Assembly: GCA_052168235.1 (NCBI GenBank)
Contig: JBQLZK010000001.1
Span: 32,001 to 96,000 of the forward strand
Source of the DNA: Thainema sp.
GTDB taxonomy: Bacteria > Cyanobacteriota > Cyanobacteriia > Phormidesmidales > Phormidesmidaceae
Length of the DNA: 64,000 nucleotides
Reading direction: 5' to 3'
In this document: piece after piece, positions 11,755 through 20,944 of the stretch
Numbering within the stretch: the first letter of the stretch is position 1
Layout of the letters: every line of letters starts with the position of its first letter
Translations under genes and position numbers: made by a program
Notes under the pieces: model-generated
What the model was told of the DNA's origin: nothing
Seen by the model: the letters and a program-made list of their open reading frames with translations, nothing else
Databases searched by the model: none

Positions 11755-14448
11755 GTGACCCAGGAGTTTCATCTATCCATTACCCCCGTTGGCCAAGATA
11801 CCTACTTGATTCGTACAGAGCGTATGGCGACGGGAGTGCGTATTGCTGAAGAACAAGTGACTTGGCCGATTGAGCGCTGGTTACAGCAAACTCGTCAAGG
11901 ATTGGACGATCCGATTTTGTCCATTCTTCAGCAGCCCTTTGCCCGTCCAGATGCAGATTTATCCGGTGACGCGGATGCGCCGCAGAGTCTGCTGGTTCTG
12001 GGGCAGGAACTCTATACGGCTCTTTTTCAAGGGTCGGTGCGCGATAGCTGGATGGCGGCCCAAAGTATTGCGCAGCATCGGCGTGAAGGGTTGCGGCTGC
12101 GGGTCGGCTTGCCGGAGGCACGGCTGCATCAGTTGCCCTGGGAAGTGCTGCACGATGGCGATCGTCCGCTGGCAACGGGAACGGATATTGTCTTTTCGCG
12201 CTATCAGGTAGAACGGAGCAGCCCAACCTTTAGCCCCCATCCCTGGCAAAAGCGCTCGGAGCAGCCGCTGCGTATCCTGATGGTGACTGCCGCACCGACC
12301 GATCAAGAACGGCTCCTACTGCGGCAGGAATTTCAGCAGCTTTCGCAAGAACTGGTGCGATCGCAGTCGCCCCTCTTGATTGCGGATGCGCCAACCGTAG
12401 AAATCAAGCTGCTGGAACAGCCAGGACGAGCGGAGTTGACTCAAGCTTTGGAGCAGGGTAACTATCAGGTTTTTCACTATGCTGGCCACAGCGATCCGGG
12501 GCCTTTGGGTGGCAGTCTGTATTTGGTCAATTCCAAAACCGGGCTGACCGAAATTCTCAATGGTGAAGATTTAGCAGGATTGCTCGTCAACAACGGCATT
12601 CGCATGGCGGTGCTCAATTCCTGTCGCGGCAACTATGACGCTGATCCAGGGTTGGCTGCGGAAAATGGCCAGCGGAATTTAGCGCAGGCTCTGCTGCGGC
12701 GTGGTGTTCCTGGTGTACTGGCGATGGCTGAGCGGATTCCCGACGAGGTGGCTATCACGCTGTCGCGCCTGTTCTACCGCAATTTAAAGCAGGGCTATCC
12801 GGTGGATTTGAGCCTTAGTCGAGCACGGCAGGGTTTGATCTCGGCCTATGGTTCTCAGCAGCTCTACTGGGCGCTGCCCGTTCTATATCTTCATCACCAG
12901 TTTGATGGCTATGTGGCTGCCGCAACCACTGACGCTGGCCTACCGCTGATGGCGGGCTACGACAGCCTGGATTTGGATGCGACGGCAAATTGGCATGATC
13001 CAGAGTTTGCCGATGCGATCGCAGAAGCAGGCATCCAAGTGGGTATTAACGATGAGCTATCGCAACTGGAATCTGCCCCATTTGCGTCCGAGTGGGATGA
13101 TGAGTCGCTGCGGCCTTGGCTGGATGCTCAGCCCACTCAGTCAGAGGCTGGTTCAGAAGCTGCACCTGCCGAGTGGCCTGCGACCCAGTCCGGTTTGCCC
13201 TCTGGGTCAGATGTCAGCGCATTGGCCGATGAGCTAGATCAGGACACTAGCCGCTATGCCGATGATGCCGCCACGGTTGCCAACCTGATTGAACAACTCT
13301 CACATACAGAATCCAGCGCGGCTCCTACGACTGAGCCGTCCGTTCGTGCGTCTCAAGACGAGATCTTGCTGCCGGACGCATCTTCCCAGCGGGTTTCGAC
13401 CCTTTATCGAGATTGGACACAGCCACCAGCCGTAGATCAACCTGGCGCAAACCCAGAATTACCTTATCCATCAGAATTACCTTATCCAAATGAAGCGGGT
13501 TCGGCTGCAGCTTATCCATCTGCATCACCATCCTCAGGTGAATCGAATCAGCCTCAAAATCCTAGAAATCGCGATCGCAAGTTGCTCTGGGCCGGAATTG
13601 GCGCAGGCGTGGTCAGTATTTTGGCGGCGGCATTACTCAGCACGGCAGTGCTGCATCTCGCCAGCCAGAATGGGCGATCGCCGGGAATTTTAGACGATAT
13701 TGAGCAGGTACCCGATCCCATTCAGTCCATGTCCTCCGATCAGTTAGCAGAACAGACGACAGGCGATTTGACGACGATTGCGCTCGTGCGGCTCCAAAAC
13801 GGTAATGTAGACTCCGCTGCCGATGCGGTTGAAGTGCTGCTCGATCGCGGCGCACTGCCCCAAGCCGAAACCGTTTTGGCTGAAGTTCCCTCGTCTCTGC
13901 TGAATGATCCAACGATCAACTTCCTCAAGGGACGTTTGGCCTGGCAGTTTATAGAGGTTGGTAATGCAGATTACAGCGCTAGCGATGCCCGTCGCTACTG
14001 GGAAGCTGCGGTGGCGGATGAGTCGGAAAACCCGCTCTATCAGATTGCGCTCGGTTTTGCCTATTACGCAGAAGACCGCTTTGAGGTTGCTGCCCAGACT
14101 TGGCTCAATGCTCTGTCGATGATTGAAGAACAACAAACTGCCGCGCTCAAACAGCAAATCCCTAATTATGCGCCCGATTCGGAGGAATACGCTTTGGTTG
14201 AGCCTTCGCTGACTGATGATGATCACGCCTTAACTGCCTATGCTGGACTGGCGCTGGCCTCTGCACAACTGGCTCAAAGCCAGCCCGATCCCATTCAAAC
14301 CACCATGCTCAGTAAAGCACACAAGCTTTATCGCACGGTGATTAGCAATGATGCAGAGCAGTTCCAAACCCTCAAGCTGGCGCAAAACTGGCTCTGGAGC
14401 GAATCCGCGATCGCAGACTGGCAAACCCTGCCCAATTTGTTTAACTAG
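11755..14448 (+). CDS. hetF: HetF-family CHAT (caspase-like) protease with one TM helix and a C-terminal TPR-like region
   Basis: GTG start after AGGAGA gives the typical HetF N-terminus 'MTQEFHLSITPVG'. Catalytic dyad motifs 'HYAGH' and 'LNSC'; acidic linker; TM helix. Confidence 0.8.
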   Translation: MTQEFHLSITPVGQDTYLIRTERMATGVRIAEEQVTWPIERWLQQTRQGLDDPILSILQQPFARPDADLSGDADAPQSLLVLGQELYTALFQGSVRDSWMAAQSIAQHRREGLRLRVGLPEARLHQLPWEVLHDGDRPLATGTDIVFSRYQVERSSPTFSPHPWQKRSEQPLRILMVTAAPTDQERLLLRQEFQQLSQELVRSQSPLLIADAPTVEIKLLEQPGRAELTQALEQGNYQVFHYAGHSDPGPLGGSLYLVNSKTGLTEILNGEDLAGLLVNNGIRMAVLNSCRGNYDADPGLAAENGQRNLAQALLRRGVPGVLAMAERIPDEVAITLSRLFYRNLKQGYPVDLSLSRARQGLISAYGSQQLYWALPVLYLHHQFDGYVAAATTDAGLPLMAGYDSLDLDATANWHDPEFADAIAEAGIQVGINDELSQLESAPFASEWDDESLRPWLDAQPTQSEAGSEAAPAEWPATQSGLPSGSDVSALADELDQDTSRYADDAATVANLIEQLSHTESSAAPTTEPSVRASQDEILLPDASSQRVSTLYRDWTQPPAVDQPGANPELPYPSELPYPNEAGSAAAYPSASPSSGESNQPQNPRNRDRKLLWAGIGAGVVSILAAALLSTAVLHLASQNGRSPGILDDIEQVPDPIQSMSSDQLAEQTTGDLTTIALVRLQNGNVDSAADAVEVLLDRGALPQAETVLAEVPSSLLNDPTINFLKGRLAWQFIEVGNADYSASDARRYWEAAVADESENPLYQIALGFAYYAEDRFEVAAQTWLNALSMIEEQQTAALKQQIPNYAPDSEEYALVEPSLTDDDHALTAYAGLALASAQLAQSQPDPIQTTMLSKAHKLYRTVISNDAEQFQTLKLAQNWLWSESAIADWQTLPNLFN

Positions 14449-14468
14449 GGACAAGATGGGAAGCTCTG

Positions 14469-14526
14469 AACATGTTGAAACGTTTGAGCGTTCGAACGTT
14501 CGAACGCTCCAACATTTCAACGTTGG
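14469..14526. repeat. Short tandem palindromic AACGTT-based 8-bp repeats between convergent genes
   Basis: aacatgttgaaacgtttgagcgttcgaacgttcgaacgctccaacatttcaacgttgg; a related array lies at 28392-28426. Confidence 0.7.
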
Positions 14527-14595
14527 ATCGTATCAAGATCTCCATCCCAAATAGTGAGGGTAGGCGATGGCTGTGATCGAGATGGCGATGATCGA

Positions 14596-15276
14596 TTAGC
14601 GGCGAAACTGATAGGCCGTGTCCTCCGCGCCCCAGACTTGATTTCCGTCGGCGTCAAATCCCCGATCCCAGGTATTCATTCCCTGAGCATGTAGCAGTAC
14701 CTGATTGGTAATGCGTACCGCGCCCCGGAAATCAGCCGGACAGCCGCCAATTGGCGTTTTACCGAGGTAGCCGCTCGGCACGGGGCGTAAAAACACGTCA
14801 CACACCGACTCGCCTAAGTCCGCTGCTGGCACCATCCGATTTGCTTCAGGTCGGTCACATAGACCAATCCAAGCTGCCGGATGAGACGGCTTGTAGCTGT
14901 GCGATCGCACACTCTGGCTCAGTTCGTGGGGCACAATCTGTAAAAACCGTTGCCGATAGGGCTGCTCAAGCTGGGCCATCAGCGCCTGTTCCTGGTAAAG
15001 GTACGTTCCTTGACCATCACGACTGCCTGTTTCACTCGCCTCAACTTGAATCACGCAGGTTGTCATCTGCACCGCCGCTGTTTCCTCACTGGCTGCTGCC
15101 TGTGCCGATGTATCCATCTGTCCGACCAGATACGACACAATTTCGTCTGCCTGTGACTCTAGATCCGGATTGGCCTGAACGGGCCAGCTGAACAGAATCG
15201 GCAGAAGTGCGATCGCAACTCCACTTATCTTGCTCAAACCACAACTATTCCTAGACCGTCTTATCTTTAACCCCAT
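14596..15276 (-). CDS. CpcT/CpeT-family (T-type bilin lyase-like) protein with a predicted signal peptide
   Basis: 'LYQEQA...PYRQRFL' and 'WDRGFDADGNQVWG...YQF' are CpcT/CpeT motifs. Hydrophobic N-terminus ends in VQA. Confidence 0.75.
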   Translation of the reverse strand: MGLKIRRSRNSCGLSKISGVAIALLPILFSWPVQANPDLESQADEIVSYLVGQMDTSAQAAASEETAAVQMTTCVIQVEASETGSRDGQGTYLYQEQALMAQLEQPYRQRFLQIVPHELSQSVRSHSYKPSHPAAWIGLCDRPEANRMVPAADLGESVCDVFLRPVPSGYLGKTPIGGCPADFRGAVRITNQVLLHAQGMNTWDRGFDADGNQVWGAEDTAYQFRR

Positions 15277-15513
15277 TTCAACCCCGCTTCGTCATGCTTG
15301 GTTCTCCTATCTTGCCAAAACTTTCTTACCAAAACTTGCTCGCCAAAACTTTAGAGGTAGCCGTTGCCATTGGATCTGAGGCATTAGTCAGTTTTTCGAT
15401 AAGCAGCAACCTCAGGTCATTCGCACCTACACTAGGAAGAAGCGAGTGTTGCTGCATTGCAGGCATACGCACACCGCAAGTCCGGCTTGAGCAGGGCAGC
15501 AGTAGGAGGAGGA

Positions 15514-16437
15514 ATGAAGGCTCAAATGCACCAGGAGCAGACGGTCAATATTGCATTAATCGGGGATATTCATGACCAGTGGAGTGCCGCTGACAACGAG
15601 GCGTTGACTCAGCTTGGGTTTGATTTAGCGCTGTTTGTGGGGGATTTTGGCAATGAATCGGTAGACGTTGTGCGGCAGATTGCTGAACTTGAAATTCCAA
15701 AGGCTGCAATTATGGGCAACCACGATGCGTGGTACAGTGCTTCCGACTGGGGACGGAGCAAATGCCCCTACGATCGCAGATTGGAAGACCGCGTCCAAGC
15801 TCAGTTGGATTTACTGGGAGAAGCCCACGTTGGCTACAGCAAGCTGGATTTAGCCGATCTCAAGCTTTCAATTGTGGGCGGACGCCCGTTTAGCTGGGGT
15901 GGCAGCGCCTGGAAAAACGGACAGTTTTACCAAGAGCGCTACGGAATTTCAGGGTTCGAGGAATCCATCGAGCAAATTATGAACTCCATGCAGCAAGCGG
16001 CATACGAAACGGTTTTGATGATTGGTCACTGTGGGCCAACGGGACTCGGTGATACGGCAGAAGCGCCCTGTGGTAAAGATTGGAACCCGATCGGAGGAGA
16101 CTACGGCGATCCGGATTTGGCAGTTGCGATCGCACAGGCCAGAGAACTCGGCAAAGTCATTCCTCTTGTCACCTTTGGTCACATGCACCATCGCTTGCGG
16201 CATCGTAAAGATCGACTGCGCCAAATGGTATCAGTCGATAAAGCCCATACGGTTTATGTGAACTGCGCCAGCGTGCCGCGCGTGATTGAAACGGAGCAGG
16301 GCGTACTGCGAAACTTTTCCCAGGTGACGCTGCGGGCACAGCAGGTTACAAAGGCCGCATTGATTTGGGTGAATTCTGAGTATCAAGTCGCTTCAGAAGA
16401 AATTTTGTACGAAGCTGAAACTGCGATCGCGCATTAA
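15514..16437 (+). CDS. TIGR04168-family metallophosphoesterase (DevT-like)
   Basis: Metallophosphoesterase motifs 'GDIHD', 'VGDFGNE', 'GNHD', 'GHMH'; strong RBS AGGAGGAGG before ATG 15514. Confidence 0.8.
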   Translation: MKAQMHQEQTVNIALIGDIHDQWSAADNEALTQLGFDLALFVGDFGNESVDVVRQIAELEIPKAAIMGNHDAWYSASDWGRSKCPYDRRLEDRVQAQLDLLGEAHVGYSKLDLADLKLSIVGGRPFSWGGSAWKNGQFYQERYGISGFEESIEQIMNSMQQAAYETVLMIGHCGPTGLGDTAEAPCGKDWNPIGGDYGDPDLAVAIAQARELGKVIPLVTFGHMHHRLRHRKDRLRQMVSVDKAHTVYVNCASVPRVIETEQGVLRNFSQVTLRAQQVTKAALIWVNSEYQVASEEILYEAETAIAH

Positions 16438-16484
16438 CGATATCGCGCATTGATAATACCGAATCCAATTAGAAAGAACCCGCA

Positions 16485-16531
16485 TTATTTTGTGTAAAAG
16501 TTAGGCACAGCCTGACTTTTACACAAAATAA
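16485..16531. terminator. Bidirectional terminator-like hairpin between convergent genes
   Basis: ttattttgtgtaaaagttaggc-aca-gcctgacttttacacaaaataa, a 22-bp stem with one G-U pair. Confidence 0.7.
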
Positions 16532-16553
16532 ACACTCTAGGCACGTAAAATCG

Positions 16554-16973
16554 CTAGTCCATACTCTGATTCAGATGATCGAGAGAACTCGAAACAGCCG
16601 ATTGAGACATCGAGCTTAGCGTCGGAAATACATACAGCACATCACCGTGATCGTTCGGCTCAAAATTGGCGTAAAACTCACGGGCGCGGGCATTCAGAAA
16701 CTCTCTCGCTTCTGGCCCAGTCAGGTTGGTATGCACCGCAAAATCAAACACCGTAATGCGACCCTGGTTTGCCTGGAGCAACTGGTAAAACGTTTGCTGA
16801 AGAAACGTCTGCTTAGCCTTGATGGTTCGCTGTCGTCGTCGCCAAAATCGCCATCCAATTAGCCCCAGCGTAATGGCCAGGAAAATCGGCCAGTAGCTTT
16901 TAATCAGCAGCACCAGCAGCACCAGCACAACGCCGATGCCAATTCCAGCAGCACAGCCCATTTCTAAGCCCAT
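16554..16973 (-). CDS. Hypothetical membrane protein (2 TM, C-terminal winged-helix-like segment)
   Basis: Two hydrophobic helices, then 'GRITVFDFA...EAREFLNARAREF.ANFE', a pattern I recall in cyanobacterial hypotheticals. Confidence 0.6.
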   Translation of the reverse strand: MGLEMGCAAGIGIGVVLVLLVLLIKSYWPIFLAITLGLIGWRFWRRRQRTIKAKQTFLQQTFYQLLQANQGRITVFDFAVHTNLTGPEAREFLNARAREFYANFEPNDHGDVLYVFPTLSSMSQSAVSSSLDHLNQSMD

Positions 16974-17295
16974 ACGTTCCTGTGACAGTTTTCCATACAG
17001 TAGTTTCGGCGGACGATGGCTCACATTAAAATGGTGTTCAAAGCTTAAATATTTTCAACTTTATAGTAATACCTAAGCCTAGTTGCAAATACGGACGTAT
17101 TACGAATAATCCGTATTTTCCCGGTCTTCGACACCTGCTGTTGAAATCTTGTATTGTGGAAAACCAGCACCTGACGCGAGCTAATTAACTGACTGTTGCA
17201 TCGTCCGTCGCTTCGCCCTTTTTCTAATATGAACCAAATTAACGAAATCGTAGGGTGCCTCATGCCAGTTTTATAACAGACGAACCGAGCCGTGG

Positions 17296-19359
17296 ATGCG
17301 TAGTATGAACGATTCCAATCTGCGATCGCTAACCAGCGCCATTCAGGATATTGCATCCCCGTTTCGGACGTACTTAGTGGATCTGCACGAGAAGTACCAG
17401 TCTTTCACCGAGGGTAAGCCTGCCAATCCGTTAGCCGGAATTGAACCACCCGCAGCCGACTTTTTTGGCGTGTGTATTGCCACGGTCGATGGTCAGGTGT
17501 ATGAGGTAGGCCACTGCCACCAGCCCTTTGCAATTCAAGCCCTGTCTCGTGCCCTGCTCTATGGCCTAGCACTGGAAGATCACGGACGAGAGCAGGTAAG
17601 TCACTACGTTGGCATCGAACCCTATCGCGAACTAGAAACGCTGATTGGGTTGAACAGCAATAAACATCGTCCCCATAACCCGCTGACGGACACTGGGGCA
17701 ATCGTGATTGCGGGATTGATCAAAGGTGACAGCTTGGTCAGTCGGTTTAAGCGGGTGATGGCGATGCTGAGCCGCTACGCCGGACGGGATATTTTGACCA
17801 GTCTGCCAGTTTTTCTCTCGCAAAAAGAGCAGGGTGAGCGGGAACAAGCGATCGCACATTTGATGGTGAAAATGGGGCTGGTGCAGCGCCCGATAACCGA
17901 TGTGCTCGACCTCTATTTTCAGTGCAGTTCGGTCATGGTTAACAGTCGCGACTTGGCGGTGATTGCGGCAACTCTGGCCAATGGCGGGTTGAATCCAGTT
18001 ACGGGAGAACGGGCCATTCAGGAACAGTACATTCAGGACGTAATTAGCGTTATCTTGACCTGCGGCATGCATGACTCGTCTGGGGAATGGACATATCAGG
18101 TTGGCATTCCCGCCCAGGCTGAACCGAATGGCGGCGTGATGGGAATCGTGCCCCAAAAGCAGGGAATTGGCATCTTTTCGCCTCGGCTGGATGACCACGG
18201 CAATAGCATTCGCGGCATGAAAGTCTGCCAGGATTTGGCCACCGATCACCATCTGCATGTGTTCAATATTTATGAAAAGAACCAGCAGATGGCGAAATAT
18301 ATCGAGCAGGTTGAAAAAATTACCGCTGCTGCGATCGCAGTTAAACAGGGCACGTTTGCGGCCAACAGTCTCGATAGCCTTGTCCAGCGTGCTGATGAGT
18401 TAGGCGAACTGGCGCGGGTGTTCACCAACATGGTGGAAACGATTCAGGCTCGCGAACAAGAGCTGAGTGCCGCCAATCGGCAGTTAGAGGCGCTTGTCAA
18501 TGCCTACGGGCGGTTTGTGCCCCATGAGTACCTAAAATTTCTGCATAAGGATAGCATCGTTGATGTCGATCTAGGCGACTACGTTAGTACCGAAATGGCG
18601 GTCATGTTCTCAGACATTCGCTCATTTACGGCACTGTCGGAATACATGACGCCGCAGGAAAGCTTTGACTTTATCAATGCCTATCTGGGGCACGTCGGCC
18701 CAGAAATTCACAGATATCACGGCATCACGATTAAGTATCTGGGAGATGGACTAATGGCCGTTTTCCCCAGTGGAGTGGATGATGCGATCGCAGCCGGACT
18801 GGCTAAGCTCAAGCGCTTGCAGGACTATAATCGGCAGCGCCAAGCGGCTGGTGAACCGTCCATCAACATCGGCATCGGCGTCCACGTTGGCCACATGATG
18901 ATTGGCATTATTGGCGAATCCAATCGGATGCAGGGCGATGCCTTTTCTGGCACGATTACGCTGACTGCGCGACTGGAAGGATTAACCAAATATTACGGGG
19001 TGCATCTTTTGGTCTCAGAAGACGCACTTAATCAGCTGCAGCGCCCAACCTACCAGTTTCGCTTTCTCGATCGCGCCATTGTCAAAGGCCGGACTGAACC
19101 CATCGGCGTTTATGAAGTGCTCAATGCTGAACCAGCGCCAATTCAGCAACTGAAGCAAGAAACAGCCACGCTATTTGATGAAGGGATTCAGCACTATTGC
19201 CAAGGCGACTTTGTCAAGGCCACTGCCTGTTTTAAGCAGGTTGTCACAATTAATCCGTTTGACCAAACCGCTCGGCTCTATCTCCATCGCATTCAGCAGT
19301 TGCAGGCAGAGGGTATTCCGAACAACTGGGCGGGTATTTGGACGTTTACCCAAAAATAA
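17296..19359 (+). CDS. Degenerate glutaminase-fold domain + HAMP-like linker + class III adenylate/guanylate cyclase + TPR-like tail
   Basis: Residues ~20-325 follow glutaminase A ('ATLANGGLNPVTGE', 'TCGM.D.SGEW', 'FSPRLD..GNSIRG'). HAMP-like 'ADELGELARVFTNM'. Cyclase motifs 'MFSDIRSFT', 'KYLGDGLMAVF', 'ARLEG', 'VKGR'. Start 17296 or 17305. Confidence 0.88.
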   Translation: MRSMNDSNLRSLTSAIQDIASPFRTYLVDLHEKYQSFTEGKPANPLAGIEPPAADFFGVCIATVDGQVYEVGHCHQPFAIQALSRALLYGLALEDHGREQVSHYVGIEPYRELETLIGLNSNKHRPHNPLTDTGAIVIAGLIKGDSLVSRFKRVMAMLSRYAGRDILTSLPVFLSQKEQGEREQAIAHLMVKMGLVQRPITDVLDLYFQCSSVMVNSRDLAVIAATLANGGLNPVTGERAIQEQYIQDVISVILTCGMHDSSGEWTYQVGIPAQAEPNGGVMGIVPQKQGIGIFSPRLDDHGNSIRGMKVCQDLATDHHLHVFNIYEKNQQMAKYIEQVEKITAAAIAVKQGTFAANSLDSLVQRADELGELARVFTNMVETIQAREQELSAANRQLEALVNAYGRFVPHEYLKFLHKDSIVDVDLGDYVSTEMAVMFSDIRSFTALSEYMTPQESFDFINAYLGHVGPEIHRYHGITIKYLGDGLMAVFPSGVDDAIAAGLAKLKRLQDYNRQRQAAGEPSINIGIGVHVGHMMIGIIGESNRMQGDAFSGTITLTARLEGLTKYYGVHLLVSEDALNQLQRPTYQFRFLDRAIVKGRTEPIGVYEVLNAEPAPIQQLKQETATLFDEGIQHYCQGDFVKATACFKQVVTINPFDQTARLYLHRIQQLQAEGIPNNWAGIWTFTQK

Positions 19360-19450
19360 GTCTGCTAAAAAACCGAACTGTTCTTGTGAACGTCCGGCAT
19401 GATTCGGACAGCCACAAGAACGATTCGGTTCTTTCTCTTCAGATTTGGCA

Positions 19451-19699
19451 CTACTGGGCAACAGCCGGTGGAGCTAAGGGAATAGACGGTTCAACCGAAA
19501 TCGAATTAGATAGGGATAATTTAGCTTGAGCGGCATTCGCTGAAATCGTCTCGGACTCAATCAGAATAGATGAGAATTCTTGGCGACATGAGGTGCAAAA
19601 CAGAACAATACTGCCCTTATTGACGTGTCGTAGCAGTGGGTGATCACAAACCGGACAAAAAGCTTGCTGATTGAGTTTGGAGTTCATTAAATTGCTCAT
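19451..19699 (-). CDS. Small zinc-ribbon protein
   Basis: CPVC...LLRHV...FCTSCRQE, two CxxC pairs in 82 aa. Confidence 0.65.
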   Translation of the reverse strand: MSNLMNSKLNQQAFCPVCDHPLLRHVNKGSIVLFCTSCRQEFSSILIESETISANAAQAKLSLSNSISVEPSIPLAPPAVAQ

Positions 19700-20944
19700 A
19701 ATAGTAAAGAATTCAAAGTAGATGATTTAAGACCGCCAAGCCTTATCAGTCCTCAATCACAAAGATTTAATTATCAGTTCATCACGTTTGACGTTAAGGT
19801 TGGGCAACAGCACGTTTTATATTCGGTATTACGCTTGGTATGTGTACTGGATACCCTGTAATAAACATACCGCCGTGTCAACTGCTCCAGTTCTACAAAT
19901 ACATTGCACATCGGCTAACCACCGCTATCAGAATCTATAAAACGGTAAAACTGACTCGACATAATGTATCCAAGTGAGCAAACAATGACTTTCTTAACAG
20001 AAATAATGATGAAATGATGACTAAGTTGCGCTAGTTCAAAATGAATAGGGTTGAGGACAAGGGCTCAATACTGAATGAAGTTGAATACAGGTTTAATACA
20101 AACAACTGCAAACAGTGGGTGCAAATAATTACAGGATATTAATCGAGTTTTGTTTTTGATTTTTGTTACAGTTTTATTGCAAGTTTGTTACAGCTAAACG
20201 TTGATTGATGGGAGAAGTAGCCTGCGATCGCACATAGCTACATGTAATCAAGAGCAGATAGTTGTGGATAAGGTCTGAATCCAGCGTGAATGAGTTTTGA
20301 TTATCCCTGCGTAAGCGCCTCTAATACCGTAGGAAAAACATTTGTTTGTTATCAGGATAAAAACCGAACGCATAAAGGACGGATATTACACATTGGTCAG
20401 TGACTATTTAGGAATAAGATGAAATCATCTTATTTGCTTCAGTCTTTATCATTTCCTATTTTTGATAGTTCTGAGTCTATCTAGGGAACGATATAAGTAA
20501 GATTTAAGCCAAAGTCTTGAGCAAACTTAATCAGGATGAGGTAGCCTTGTCAGGGTGAGTTTGTTTTAGACCCATCGCAATCCACCGCAGCGATGCTAGT
20601 GCTGTCAGGCATAGCTTGCTACAGAACGACAAGCTGTTTGGCCGCTGCTAACCCCCAAATGTCCAAAATTACATCTTGTCCCCCAGCCTGAAAAGTCGTG
20701 TTGCCGCCACAGTGCCGTAGCAATATGACAGCTTTGGGTTCTAGATCGATTGGGTGCAAGATCAGGCAACCCGAAACGGTGAACGTTTGACTTTTAAGTG
20801 ATAACAGTCGGTTGTTTTGGCGTCTTCACGGTAGGAAATCGCGCGCTCAGTTTCATTTGCTTTCGTGAAACGATTTGGTTTGGGGTTAATATTCATCTTC
20901 TGTCATATGTTGATGCATTAATTTACTTTTTTCTGGAGGTTTCC

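Noticed and set aside
14469..14526. CRISPR-like repeat array
   Set aside because: The units are 8-bp palindromic tandem repeats without unique spacers, and there are no cas genes in the window.
17151..17164. NtcA-like site upstream of the pseudo-glutaminase cyclase (GTA-N8-AAC)
   Set aside because: One half-site mismatches and there is no TAN3T box at the expected distance; too weak to call.
19857..19870. NtcA site in the long intergenic region (GTAATAAACATAC)
   Set aside because: Spacing is GTA-N7-TAC, not N8.
20765..20790. c-di-GMP-I riboswitch suggested by 'GGCAAC...CGAAA...GG'
   Set aside because: The GGCAAA and GACGCAAA elements and the second stem of that class are not present.
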